Shown one piece after another: positions 28,011 to 38,589 of a DNA stretch of 64,000 nt. The stretch lies in assembly GCA_003169655.1 (NCBI GenBank), contig PNAZ01000154.1, positions 17,478 through 81,477 on the forward strand. The letters run 5' to 3'. Under the pieces are notes generated by a model, which was not told where the DNA came from, ran no database searches, and saw nothing but the letters and a program-made list of their open reading frames with translations. Position numbers and translations under genes: made by a program. Each line of letters starts with the position of its first letter. Positions within the stretch are counted from its first letter, which is position 1. Source of the stretch: Chloroflexota bacterium. GTDB lineage: Bacteria; Chloroflexota; Limnocylindria; Limnocylindrales; CSP1-4.

Positions 28011-28976
28011 TTGCTCGATAGGAAGCCCTCCAGTGTTCGGATCGGGCTCGACCTCGATCCGACTCAGGCATCTTGGCTGGAGATGGCGACCGTGGTTCGG
28101 ATGGCTGACCAGCTTGGGTACGACTCCTTATGGACATGGGATCACCTATATGGCACGGACGATCCGCGCCAGAGCATTCTCGAGGGCTGGACGACCATTG
28201 CAGCCTGGGCCGGCATGACCTCGAAGCCGACTGTTGGCTTGCTTGTAGGCGCCAACACCTTCCGGAATCCCGGATTGGTCGCTAAGAGTGCTGTCACCGT
28301 TGACCACATCTCCCGTGGTCGGTGCGTTCTTGGCCTTGGAGCTGGATGGCGACCCCGAGAGCATCATGATCACGGGATTGAATTCGGGACGGGTTTCGGC
28401 GATCGACTCAGTTGGCTAGAGGAGTCGGTATTGGCGATCACTCTCCTCCTACGCGGCGATACCGTGACCACGCCGCCCGGCGGCCATTACGCCTTCGATG
28501 GCCTTCGGCATGAACCGTTGCCTTGGGACGGCCCCGGCCAGCTGCCGATCCTTATCGGTGGCGGCGGAGAGCAGCGGACCCTACCGATCGCAGCCCGTTT
28601 TGCGAGCATCTGGCACCATCGAGGCCCGGTCGAATACCTCGCGCACAAGCGCGATGTGCTCTTCAGAGCGTGCGAAGCTATCGGCCGCGACCCAACCGAT
28701 ATCGAGTTGGCGTTCGACCCGCATGTCATCATCCGCGACGAGCCAGCTGACGCCTTAGCCGCGTACGAACGATCCCTCCTACTGCACCACCAAGGTCCAG
28801 GCGATCCGCCAGATCCTGGCGAGCACTGGTTCGGTCCTCCTGATGCCATCGTCGAACGTTGGCGGCCGTATCTCGCACTCGGGTTCCGCCACCTGATCGT
28901 CGACTTACCGACGCCCTATGACGAGGAGACGGTCGCACGCATGCCCGAGGTACGCTCTCTCGCTGCGGGCACTTAG
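28011..28976 (+). CDS. LLM-class (luciferase-like) F420-dependent oxidoreductase
   Basis: The TIM-barrel LLM family pattern and length match. Confidence 0.7.
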   Translation: MLDRKPSSVRIGLDLDPTQASWLEMATVVRMADQLGYDSLWTWDHLYGTDDPRQSILEGWTTIAAWAGMTSKPTVGLLVGANTFRNPGLVAKSAVTVDHISRGRCVLGLGAGWRPREHHDHGIEFGTGFGDRLSWLEESVLAITLLLRGDTVTTPPGGHYAFDGLRHEPLPWDGPGQLPILIGGGGEQRTLPIAARFASIWHHRGPVEYLAHKRDVLFRACEAIGRDPTDIELAFDPHVIIRDEPADALAAYERSLLLHHQGPGDPPDPGEHWFGPPDAIVERWRPYLALGFRHLIVDLPTPYDEETVARMPEVRSLAAGT

Positions 28977-28978
28977 GG

Positions 28979-29743
28979 TCACTTCTTCCGGATCGACTCG
29001 CGGAGTTCCGGTCGCCCGGCAGCGGCTCCGCCCCTTTCCGAAAGGTGGTCGCTCATCAGCTCGCGCGCTGCTTTCCCATCGTGCCGCGCGATTGCTTCGC
29101 AAATTGCTTGATGCTCCGTCGTGTCGTTATCGGTCGGAAGCATGGCGTCACGCTCGTAGAAGCCGACGATCGCTCCTGCCACCCGCGATAACGCCGTGTT
29201 GTGGGTACCGCGCACAACATTCAGATGGAACCCTAGATCCTCTGGTGGTCGATACCCGACACGGACAGCCTCTCGAAGGCGCTCGACGTCGTGGCGGAGG
29301 CGCTCAATCTCTCCATCGGTGACACGCTCAGCCGCCAATGCAGCTGCTTCTGGCTCGAGGATGCGGCGGACCTCCAGGAGCTCTCGCTTGACTGCCGAAT
29401 CCAAGACGTCATTGAAAGTCTCGGGACGGAGCAAGAGATCGGCGCGCAGCGACTGCACGAATGTGCCACGCCCAGGGCGGATTTCGACGAGCTCGAGGGT
29501 GACGAGCTCACGGATTGCCTCGCGAACGGCAGATCGCCCAACGTGTAGAGCAGCCACCAGCTCCCACTCCGACGGCAGGCGGTCGCCGAGCTGATACTCG
29601 CCGCTACGCAGCATTTCGAAGAGGGCGTCTACAACCTGTCGGGTGACTGTGGGGCGCGGCCGAGAATCGTCTCGGGCTGACCCATTGAGAGGACGGCCTC
29701 TGGCCTGCCCTCGAGCGGAGGCGTCAGACGTAGCAGCAACCAA
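28979..29743 (-). CDS. GntR family transcriptional regulator (FadR/FCD subfamily)
   Basis: It has a winged HTH 'LPSEWELVAALHVGRSAVREAI' and an all-helical FCD C-terminal domain. The start may be internal. Confidence 0.8.
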   Translation of the reverse strand: MVAATSDASARGQARGRPLNGSARDDSRPRPTVTRQVVDALFEMLRSGEYQLGDRLPSEWELVAALHVGRSAVREAIRELVTLELVEIRPGRGTFVQSLRADLLLRPETFNDVLDSAVKRELLEVRRILEPEAAALAAERVTDGEIERLRHDVERLREAVRVGYRPPEDLGFHLNVVRGTHNTALSRVAGAIVGFYERDAMLPTDNDTTEHQAICEAIARHDGKAARELMSDHLSERGGAAAGRPELRESIRKK

Positions 29744-29891
29744 TGGTATTCGTCGTCTTCCGGTGGGCCGCCAGTCGATCCGTTTGTGCTGGGGCCGAGT
29801 CAGTGTACCGGATTGGGTCGCTGGCTACGCCACATCGAGACTCCCTATCATCGCCCGTCCATCCTTGCGGGCACAACAACCACGACCTCCA

Positions 29892-31022
29892 TCACGCACC
29901 TCGAGTCAAGGACCGCGGCGAAGAATCGAGCTGTTCGACGCCCACGTCGGTTACAAGGAAGTTGCTCTCAATCCTGATTCCGCCCCAACCTGGTTCATAG
30001 ATGCCCGGCTCAATCGCAATTATCGAGCCCTCGGTCAGGCGGTCCTGACTTGCACTTCCGATCCACGGACGCTCCCATGCGAAGAGCCCTACGCCGTGCC
30101 CTCCGTGATGAGACATGGAACTTCCGAGTGGGCCAACAATCTCGCACATGGACGCTCGCAGGACCGCGTCGATGTCCTTACCAATCACGCCGGGTCGCAT
30201 GATTGCCTTGGCCGCTTGCAGTGCTTTCTCGACCGCCTCGTGTCGGATTCTCTGGGTCAGACTTGGTTCTCCCACAACCCATGTTCGACAAAGATCGGCT
30301 ACATACCCATCGACTTCCGGGTAGAGGTCGAGGAGAACAAGGTCTCCCCGGCCGAGGCGACGATCCGTAGGCAATGGACCGTCTAAGCACGTTCGACCGC
30401 CCGACGCGAGATTGCCCCCGATCTTCAGGCTCCCGTGCACTTCCGCGCGAAGGGCTTCCGTCGCGGCCTCGAATAGCTCTCGTTCCGTTATTCCGGGGCG
30501 AACGAGCGCAGCGGCCGATTCGAGCGCCCGATCGACGACGTTCACGGCGGCGCGCACGGCCGCGATCTCGGTCGGGTCGCGGCGGACCCGCCAGGCGGCG
30601 ATAGCCTCAGCAAGATCAGCGCGCTCGACGAGTCCCAAGGCGTCGCCCAACTCTACGGCAAGCAACTGGGTCTCGACCCCGACGACCGACCGCCATGGGA
30701 GGCGGTGGATTAGGCGAGACATCACCGCGACAGCCTCGCTCTGGGGATCAACGAAGGTTGTCGGGTCGTAGGCGCGATAGCACTCAACCTCAATCCCGCA
30801 CTCGATCGCGGACGAAATGTCGGTCCCCTCGGGGGCGACGAGCCACCCGCGATCATCGATGAGTGCAAGGAAGCTTGGGGTGTCCATGACCCCTGTGGCA
30901 TGCCGAATGTACTCCCGGCTACTAAGGATCGCACCCGCGAGGTCCGCCCTTTGAAGCGCGCCCCTTAATTGTTCAAGGCGCAGGCGATACGCGTTCGCCG
31001 GAGCAGGAAAGCTTATCGACAC
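29892..31022 (-). CDS. M24 family metallopeptidase-fold enzyme (creatinase/prolidase-like), paralogue 3
   Basis: It has the same fold signature as paralogues 1 and 2, including 'HGGHGVG' and 'EPGIY'. Confidence 0.7.
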   Translation of the reverse strand: MSISFPAPANAYRLRLEQLRGALQRADLAGAILSSREYIRHATGVMDTPSFLALIDDRGWLVAPEGTDISSAIECGIEVECYRAYDPTTFVDPQSEAVAVMSRLIHRLPWRSVVGVETQLLAVELGDALGLVERADLAEAIAAWRVRRDPTEIAAVRAAVNVVDRALESAAALVRPGITERELFEAATEALRAEVHGSLKIGGNLASGGRTCLDGPLPTDRRLGRGDLVLLDLYPEVDGYVADLCRTWVVGEPSLTQRIRHEAVEKALQAAKAIMRPGVIGKDIDAVLRASMCEIVGPLGSSMSHHGGHGVGLFAWERPWIGSASQDRLTEGSIIAIEPGIYEPGWGGIRIESNFLVTDVGVEQLDSSPRSLTRGA

Positions 31023-31027
31023 GAAGA

Positions 31028-32566
31028 CTAAAGCACCGAGTTTGAGAGCGCGTCATCCAGCCGCGCCCAGCTAACGAACAACTCCGAGTACTGAGCATGC
31101 TTCTTGGCGTTTGGCAGCGTCTGTGGTCGGTTGCGACCGCCGGCTAGCCATAGATCATTGATGGCATTGAACGACTGCACCCCACCGAGACCGTAGGCTG
31201 CCAGAAAGGCAGCACCACGAGCGCTTCCTCCATATGGTGCGAGCCGTTGGGTCCATCCTGTCATGTCGCTGATGATCGATCGCCAAACTCCGCTGAACGC
31301 ACCACCACCTGCGGCCGTAACCGACTGGACGCCTTCCGCTAGGGAGGGTTGAGCCTGCATAAGTATGAATCCAAAGGACTCAAGCATCGCTCGCCACAAG
31401 TCGCCCCGAACGTGGCTCAGACTCATGCCGGTTACCGCACCGCGGGCACCTGGCCGAGCGTGCGGCATGAGCTGCCCGCTGACGTGCGGGAAGACCGAGA
31501 TGCCATTTGCGCCGGGCGGGCGCCGCGCCGCTTCCTGATCGAGGATCTTGAATGATTCCTCGGCGCAGAGTGCAGATCGTACTTTCTCCAAGAACCGTCC
31601 GGAGTCGAGTGCATATGCGCTCAATCGGTAGGGTGCGTTCGGCCCGAATTTGGCCACGTCCTCGATCGCTTCCTCGAAGTCCACCGTGCAGATGAGGAGG
31701 GTGCCGCTCGACCCGTAATAAATCATCGCGTCTCCGCGGCGGACCGCTCCGTCGCCGAGCATCGCGGCCATGCTATCGGTCGTCCCGGCCACCACCGGTA
31801 TGCCTGGTCGGAGACCGGTTGCCCGAGCGGCCTCGGCACTGACAACTCCGATCTGATCGTGGGGCCGCCGGATCGGAGGGAGCAGACCTTCATCGATGTC
31901 GAGCTTACGTAGGGATGCGCTGTCCCACCTGCGCCGCTCAATGTCCACGATCCCGCCCCACCTCACTGCTGAGTGCGGATCTATCGATGCAACCCCAGTC
32001 AACCGGAATCCGATGAAACCGGTTGGGCCGAGGGCCAAGCGAGCGCGCCCGTACGCTGCTGGAGACTCGTGGCGGAGCCACAAGAGTCGCGGAGAGACTT
32101 CATCGCCCGTGAGCGTCACGCCAAGGCGCCGTTGTACGGTCATGACCTCATTTGCTGCTCGACCATCCCCATACAGAATCCCGCTTCCAAGAGCCTCCCC
32201 AGAGTCGTCCACCAGACAAACAGCAGGAAACAGACCGGCGAGGCCGATCCCGTCGATCCGTCTTTTGGCCGTTTGCCCGAGTACGGGCCGGAGCGCGTCA
32301 CGCGCCCCATGCCACCAATCGGCCTCAGGGTCGTGGATCATCGCTCGCGGAACAGGCTGGCGGGGCGGGCGCTTAGCCTCTCCGAAGGCGACTTCTGTGC
32401 CGTTCGATTCGTAGGCTCCGACCCTGACTCCCTGCGTCCCAACGTCGATTCCGAGCCAGACGCTTGGCCCACTCGAGCCAGGAGCGCTCAACGAAGTATT
32501 CGCGAGGCGAAGCTCATGACAGACGTTCGCCGCGGCTGACCGGACTCCGGAATCGCCCAAGATCAT
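31028..32566 (-). CDS. FGGY-family carbohydrate kinase
   Basis: It has 'LGIDVGTQGVR' and the FGGY C-terminal domain. The start is uncertain: the ATG at 32566 overlaps the SDR gene by 52 nt, and the 651-aa table ORF is a read-through. Confidence 0.7.
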   Translation of the reverse strand: MILGDSGVRSAAANVCHELRLANTSLSAPGSSGPSVWLGIDVGTQGVRVGAYESNGTEVAFGEAKRPPRQPVPRAMIHDPEADWWHGARDALRPVLGQTAKRRIDGIGLAGLFPAVCLVDDSGEALGSGILYGDGRAANEVMTVQRRLGVTLTGDEVSPRLLWLRHESPAAYGRARLALGPTGFIGFRLTGVASIDPHSAVRWGGIVDIERRRWDSASLRKLDIDEGLLPPIRRPHDQIGVVSAEAARATGLRPGIPVVAGTTDSMAAMLGDGAVRRGDAMIYYGSSGTLLICTVDFEEAIEDVAKFGPNAPYRLSAYALDSGRFLEKVRSALCAEESFKILDQEAARRPPGANGISVFPHVSGQLMPHARPGARGAVTGMSLSHVRGDLWRAMLESFGFILMQAQPSLAEGVQSVTAAGGGAFSGVWRSIISDMTGWTQRLAPYGGSARGAAFLAAYGLGGVQSFNAINDLWLAGGRNRPQTLPNAKKHAQYSELFVSWARLDDALSNSVL

Positions 32567-33404
32567 AGAAGGCGAACACGCGTTGTTCGTAGTGTGCGTC
32601 GCTTTCCGCGACGACCCGAACCGGAGCACAACCCACAGGATTGTGGAACGGTGGGTCGTCCTCCTCAATGACGTCCGCCACCCGCCTAGCGACACTCTCG
32701 AGGCCAGGCTTGCCCGACTCCACCTTGGGTTGGTTCTCACCCATCGTCCGGACGAGGTCCGCGTAAGCGCCGCTCGGCTCGGCCCAGTCCACTGTCGAGA
32801 CCATTCGGTCGTCGTACTCGGTGCCGCTGAACCAGCCCGGTTCGACCACGCTGACTCGGATGCCGAATTGCTGGGATTCCAAACGCATCCCAAGCGACAT
32901 GCCCTCGACGCCGTACTTTGACGCGGAGTAGGCGACCTCCCAGAACGCAGTCCGGAGCCCCGCATCCGAGCTGAAGTTGACAATCCATCCGCCGCCCTGT
33001 TTGCGCATCAGCGGTTCAACCGCGAGGCAGGTGCGGTAAGTGCCGACGAGGTTGGTCTCTAGCTGGGACTTGAACTGCTCGACACTAATTGTCGGCCAAG
33101 GGCCGTGGACTCCGAAACCGGCTACATTCACGAGAACATCGAGCCGTTCGGCCCGCTTCTGAACTTCGGCAACAGCGCGGGCCACGGACTCATCATCCGT
33201 TACATCTAGCTGAACGGTCGAAATCTCTGCCCCTTCCGCCTTCGCCGCTTCCTTCAACGCGAGAGATCGCTCGTCGAACCCGCCTTTTGTGCCACGGAAG
33301 CCCCCGAACACTCGATGGCCTCGCCTCGACAACTCAATTGCAGTGGCTCTCCCGAAACCGGCGCTCGCTCCCGTCACGAGGACTACCCGAGGTACACCGC
33401 CCAC
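32514..33404 (-). CDS. SDR family oxidoreductase
   Basis: The GTG at 33404 follows AAAGGAG with a 6-nt spacer. 'VLVTGASAGFGRA' follows. Confidence 0.8.
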   Translation of the reverse strand: MGGVPRVVLVTGASAGFGRATAIELSRRGHRVFGGFRGTKGGFDERSLALKEAAKAEGAEISTVQLDVTDDESVARAVAEVQKRAERLDVLVNVAGFGVHGPWPTISVEQFKSQLETNLVGTYRTCLAVEPLMRKQGGGWIVNFSSDAGLRTAFWEVAYSASKYGVEGMSLGMRLESQQFGIRVSVVEPGWFSGTEYDDRMVSTVDWAEPSGAYADLVRTMGENQPKVESGKPGLESVARRVADVIEEDDPPFHNPVGCAPVRVVAESDAHYEQRVFAFYDLGRFRSPVSRGERLS

Positions 33405-33704
33405 TGACAACTCCTTTCGCAACCAACCGGCGCTGGGCTCCACGTGGCAGGCGCCGGGGTTGCCAAACCACGGCCCACGAGGTACGCGGCACCTCCGAGA
33501 CTCACGGTCCCGGAACCCATACGCCTTTGGTGAGACGGGAACGAGAGGTCTTATGGCCGTGCTCGAGTCTAGGAGGCTGAAGTCGCCACTGTCAATCGCT
33601 GGCGTGCTTGAAAAAGGAGCGATTGCACGCCAGGGCGGGAGAGCCGACATCAGATGTCCGGCGGGAGAAGTGGGCACCGGACTTGCCCGAGATAGCCGCC
33701 GACC

Positions 33705-33935
33705 TCACCGCAGTTCGGGTGCCCCGCCGGGAGTCGACCCGCTCGCGACCCCTTCTCGGGTCAGCGCCGCGGCCGCTCGGATCCCGAGCGCGACAGGCGT
33801 CTGGATTGCGTAGCGACGGGCGACCTGGGTTGAGGCGTGACCCATGTAGCGGGAGAGCTCCTCAAGGGTCAGCCCATTGTTCGCCACGAGCGTCGCCGTC
33901 CCGTGGCCGATCCGGTGTCCCCAAAGTAGGGGAGG
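33705..33935 (-). pseudogene. Tyrosine recombinase (phage integrase family) C-terminal remnant
   Basis: The fragment reads 'HRIGHGTATLVANNGLTLEELSRYMGHASTQVARRYA', matching box II (HxLRHxxA...LGHxSxxxTxxY) with the catalytic Tyr. No N-terminal or core domain lies upstream. Confidence 0.5.
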
Positions 33936-34174
33936 GACCCGCCACCGGCGTGGTAGCGGCGGGTCAGCATCAGGCTTGGCGCGTTCAGGCCGAGCGGCCC
34001 CCGCGATTCCGCTCGGAGAGGAAGAGGTACGGTGGTTCGGCGTGCCGCAGGTCGAGTTCTTGTCGGGCATCACCCATCGGCCGTAGGTTCTGCCTGCGGA
34101 GCAGAATGTCGGGGAGGGATGCGGCTGGATCGACTACGCCACACTCGCACCCACGGGCTGGACAGGAGAGCGAC

Positions 34175-34876
34175 ATGCCGCGCTTGCGCAGGTGGGCGAT
34201 CTTGCTCAGCGGAGCGTCGGCGGCCGTCATGGTCCTGCGCCATGCTCGGGGTCCGGCGGGAGTCGAGACGCCGGGCGGGATCGTCATGGGCGACGCCGCT
34301 GGCTATGACTCGCTCAGCAGGCTTCTTCTCGGTTCGTTCTATCGGTCGGTCGCAGCCGATATCGCCGCGGCTGCACCTCTGGGCGGGCAGATCCTCGACG
34401 TCGGCTGCGGGCCCGGGCACCTCGCGAACCGGCTGGCCCGCGATCACGGTCTCGAGGTGACCGGGCTCGACCTCGACCCGACAATGATCGAGCGGGCCCG
34501 GGCCAATGCCGAGCAAGCGGTTGCCGCCGATCGCCGGCCCATCTTCGTCGTCGGTGGAGTCGCTGCGTTGCCGTTTCCCGATCGCTCGTTCGACCAGGTC
34601 GTCAGCACCCTCTCGATGCATCACTGGGCCGACGCGACGGCCGGTCTGGCCGAGATGGACCGGGTGCTGCGCCCAGGCGGCCGGGCGCTCGTCTGGGACC
34701 TCCGGCCGGGCGTCGTGCCGCTTCACCGCCACCAGCCCGACCCGCTCGACAAGGTTGCGGGCTCGCCCCTTCATCTCGCGAGCGTGACGCCCTGGCACTG
34801 GCCCTGGCGGCTCACCTTGACCCAGCGGATCGAGCTGCTCCCTGGCGACGGCGACGCGGGTACCGCCGGGACTTAG
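34175..34876 (+). CDS. Class I SAM-dependent methyltransferase
   Basis: It has 'ILDVGCGPGHL' (motif I) and 'LRPGG' (post II). The ATG at 34175 follows CAGGAGAG. Confidence 0.7.
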   Translation: MPRLRRWAILLSGASAAVMVLRHARGPAGVETPGGIVMGDAAGYDSLSRLLLGSFYRSVAADIAAAAPLGGQILDVGCGPGHLANRLARDHGLEVTGLDLDPTMIERARANAEQAVAADRRPIFVVGGVAALPFPDRSFDQVVSTLSMHHWADATAGLAEMDRVLRPGGRALVWDLRPGVVPLHRHQPDPLDKVAGSPLHLASVTPWHWPWRLTLTQRIELLPGDGDAGTAGT

Positions 34877-34942
34877 CTACCCGGGGCGACCTCTTTGCAA
34901 CGGTTGCCCACGGGGTCTGCTGGCGCGGGCAGAATGTCGGCG

Positions 34943-36338
34943 CTACGGCAGCGGCCACGCCGCCGTGACCGCGGCCGCGACGGCGTCGAGTTCCGCGTCG
35001 AGGTGAGCGCGCCAGTCACGGGCGACACCATGCCAACCGAGGCCATCGAGGAACGCTTGGCGGTAGGCCGTGTTCTCGAACAGGCCGTGGACGTACACGC
35101 CGCGGACCGCGCCCTGCTCCCAGCCGAGGCCGCCGGAGAGGTGTTCCCGGGCGAGCGGCCCAGCCGTTGTGCGCCCGTGGTGGATCTCGTAGCCGAGGAG
35201 TGACCCGCCACCCCAGGGCACCTCGACCTGGCGGGTCATCTTGTCCGCGGCGAGGGTCGTCGTGACGTCGAGCAGGCCGAGCCCGTCTAGGTCGCCGCCC
35301 TCGAGGTCGTGCGGGTCCTCGATCCGGCGCCCGAGGAGCTGCATGCCGCCGCAGACCCCGACAATCGGGATGCCCGCGGACGCGGCGCGTCCCAGCTCCC
35401 CGTCCAGGCCGCTCCCAAGCAGATACCGCAAGCTCGCCGCCGTGTTCTTGCTGCCAGGCAGCACGAGAGCATCGAACCCGTCGAGCGGCCCGGCCTCACG
35501 GACGGGCACGACGGTGACACCCGGCTCGTGCAGGAGCGGGTCGAACTCATCGAAGTTGCTGGCATACGGGTACAGGACGAGGCCGATGTTCACGTCGCCC
35601 GCACTAGGTACCGCATCGTGGTGGAAGGCGTCCTCCTCGGGCAGGTGGTGTCGTAGCATCGGCACGATCGCCACAGTCGGCACGCCGGTCTGCTCCTCGA
35701 GCCAGTCCATGGCATTGCCGAGCAGCGCCGAGTCACCCCGGAACTTGTTGAGGACGAACCCGCGGATAAGCGCTCGTTCCGCGGGTTCGAGGCACATCCA
35801 GGTCCCGAGGAGGTGGGCGAAGCCGCCCCCGCGGTCGATGTCCGCAACGAGGTAGACGTCCGCGCCGCACTCGAGCGCCACGCGCATGTTGACGATGTCG
35901 GTTGCCCGCAGGTTGACCTCGGCGGGACTCCCGGCGCCCTCGATGACCACGAGGTCGCTGTCGGCGATGAGTGAATTGAGCGCGTCACGCACGACCGGCC
36001 AGAGCCTGGGCCCGCGGTCCATCCACGGTACGGCCGTCATCACCGGGTCGTAGCGGCCCATCACGACGACCTGGCTGGAGGTGTCTGGGCTCGGCTTGAG
36101 CAGGACGGGGTTGTGGCGAGCCTCCGGCGTCACCCGCGCCGCGAGCGCCTGCAGGTACTGGGCGCGCCCGATCTCGGCGCCGTCCGGAGTTGACGGCCGC
36201 GTTGTTGCTCATGTTCTGGGCATTGAAGGGCACGACATGCAATCCCCGGTCGGAATAGGTGCGGCAGAGCGCGGCCACTAGGAGCGACTTTCCGGCGTCG
36301 CTCGTGCAACCCATGATCATGATCGGCCTGCGTGTCAT
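34943..36338 (-). pseudogene. cobQ: Cobyric acid synthase, disrupted by a +1 frameshift
   Basis: The N-terminal '[21 protein letters not shown]...[11 protein letters not shown]' (36338..~36190) and the remainder '[15 protein letters not shown]...GVCGGMQ' (→34943) are in different frames. One extra A in GTCAACTCC (plus strand 36191-36192), against the expected GTCACTCC, accounts for the shift. Confidence 0.7.
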
Positions 36339-37039
36339 GACCCGAGGATAGGTGCGGTCAGCGGGCGCGCACTGGCGACCCAGTCATGACGTCGCTCCCG
36401 CGGCCACCGCGGCCCTTCGCCCTCCCATGCTGGCGCCATGAGGTCTGCGGGCGCCGCAGAATGTCTGGGAGATGTCACCGGAATGTCCGCGAGCCGCACG
36501 AATCGGCTCCCTGCAGTCACATCGAGAGCCTCGGCGATCGGCATGGGCCGCATGCGCGTTCTGCTGCCCGCTGCGTGCGGCGCCCTCGCCGGATTGGCTC
36601 GCGACCAGGCGAAGTCATTTGTCGATCGCCTGATCCAGAGTTAAACGCCAGAATCAGGTCTCGCGAGCCATCGGGTGAGCGTGACGGACAGGCATCTCTA
36701 TCCGACTCCGCGATGAGTCAAGCGCACATCCCGGCACTAGTTAGGCGCATATCGTAAATCGAATGTGAATCAAGCGCCATCCTCGCCATGGGCAGGTTGG
36801 CTTGTGCCGGCGTTAGCGTCCGCCGCGCGGGACGGCGTTTGGCCTCCTTCGCTCCTTCGTGCTCGACTACCAGGTCGACTTTGGCTTATCCGACGCCCGT
36901 TCGACTCGATCTTGCGTATACGATCGCGGGAGCTCACGCTCAGGACCTCAAGGCGAAGCCGCCCACGCTCCCACCACGACCCAAATGCCTACAACCTGAG
37001 CCCTAGCTGTGGTGACCGAAGACGTTGTTGACAAACGAG

Positions 37040-37613
37040 AGCCACGCGACACGGTGTGAGGTGTTGAGTACCCACATCGAGCGGAGGCTCTCGTGGCACA
37101 TCCTAAGTGCGCGTCTTACCGTCTTCAGTCGGCAGCTCCTGATCAAACGGGTGATCGTCGACGGTTGGCCGACGGCCACCGTTGCCCGAGCAGCTCGGGA
37201 TCAGCCGAGCCACGGCGTACAAGTGGGTCCGCCGCTTCCGGACGGACGGCCTGCCCGGACTTGAGGACCGCAGCTCGCGACCCCATCGCTCGCCGCGCCG
37301 GTCGTCCGACGAGGTCACGGCGGCGATCATCGGCGCGCGAGCTCGGCGGCGGTACGGTCCAGCCCGCCTGGCGCCGCTTACGGGCTACCCCCGCTCGACC
37401 ATCTACGGCATCCTGCGCCGGGCCGGCCTCAATCGCCTGCGCGACACGGACCGGGTGAGCGGTGCCCCGGTCCGCTACGTGGCCTGCCATCCGGGCGCAA
37501 TCGTCCATCAGGACCACAAGGAGCTCGCCAGGGTGCCCGACGGTGGTGGCTGGCGGGCCAACGGTCGAGACGGACGTACCCACTCCTATGTGGCCATAGC
37601 CAGATCGCGCTAA
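37040..37613 (+). mobile_element. IS481-family transposase remnant, frameshifted and truncated before the DDE core
   Basis: 'ARLTVFSRQLLIKRVIVDGWPTATVARAA' switches frame to 'EQLGISRATAYKWVRRF...LEDRSSRPHRSPRR...GGGWRANGRD', which aligns to the N-terminal third of IS481 Tnp. It ends at 'YVAIA*', where the first catalytic D (AIDDH) is expected. Confidence 0.65.
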
Positions 37614-37831
37614 CGATGAATACGTACCCGCACGTCACCCCGGCGTTGGGGCGAGCGGCCGCCGAACGAATGAACGACCTGCTTACACATCGCACGTCGG
37701 CCAGCGTAGGGGCCGGTAGGATATGACGACCAAGGGCAAGGTGGTGGACTAATCTCAGTGCTACGGTCGCGCGTGGAAGCCACGTCGTTTGATCCTGCAC
37801 CCTTGACGCAATTCGCTTGGAGGGCACACGT

Positions 37832-38161
37832 ATGGTCGCTTTCAAAGTAATCAAGGTCGGCAAGCCGCTTAACCTCGATGACCTCAAGAAGAAAGCATCG
37901 CCGCGGCAGCATCACGTGAGCCCGCGAGACGAAGACCTCGCCAAACTGGTTAACGAAGTCAGCGTCGGTGCCGCGTCGCAGGTCCTGCCATGGCACTTCG
38001 AGGGCAAGGCGGCCACGGCACGCGCCGCCGCTTCGAAGGTCATCAAGGCGTCCGGCGCGGCCGTCTTTGTGAGCAGCCGGCCGGACATGCCTGGGGCATT
38101 GCTCTTCAGCCGCGTTCCCCTGAGCCGGCGACAGAGCGATGGCAAGGCAATCGGCCACTGA
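37832..38161 (+). CDS. Hypothetical small protein of 109 aa, orphan
   Basis: The ATG follows GGAGGG. Codon usage is noticeably lower in GC than its neighbours. No recognisable domain. Confidence 0.4.
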   Translation: MVAFKVIKVGKPLNLDDLKKKASPRQHHVSPRDEDLAKLVNEVSVGAASQVLPWHFEGKAATARAAASKVIKASGAAVFVSSRPDMPGALLFSRVPLSRRQSDGKAIGH

Positions 38162-38589
38162 ACGTCATGGCCTCCGACCGTGAGTCGGCTGTTGCCCTCA
38201 GGGAGTCGTCGGGTGGCAATGGTCTAGGCGACGAGCTGGATTGCTGAATCGGTTAGACAGTTGAAGCGCTGCGCCGACGGTCGGAGAGAGACCAGTCGGC
38301 GCTGCTTCGCTCGGTGGCGCCGCCAATTCCGCAGCCGAGGCCTGCTCGACGGGACGCAAGCCCAGAGGAGCGAGAGCCCACTTTGTTCGCTTCACGATAG
38401 GCGATGGATCGCCGGCTTTTCCAAAGCGGCGTCGGAACGGTGCCGGAGCGACAGGAACTCGCTGAGCCAGCTCCGGAGCGTCCGGCGTCCGAAGGCGGTG
38501 AGTGATCGGACGATGTCCCTGGTTCGATGCCACCTCAAGACCCGGGGGCCGCCCGTGGGTTCCTCGCGGGTCGGGCGATCGAATCAAAT

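Noticed and set aside
33608-34174. A 422-aa version of the methyltransferase ORF
   Set aside because: The upstream 190 codons are low-complexity Arg/Ser/Pro sequence overlapping the integrase remnant on the other strand. A good SD+ATG lies at 34175, just before the methyltransferase domain.
36339-36700. A cobalamin riboswitch upstream of cobQ
   Set aside because: I looked for a B12 box (GCCACTG on the minus strand, i.e. CAGTGGC on the plus strand) and found none. Only a partial GCGCACTGGCG turned up on the wrong strand.
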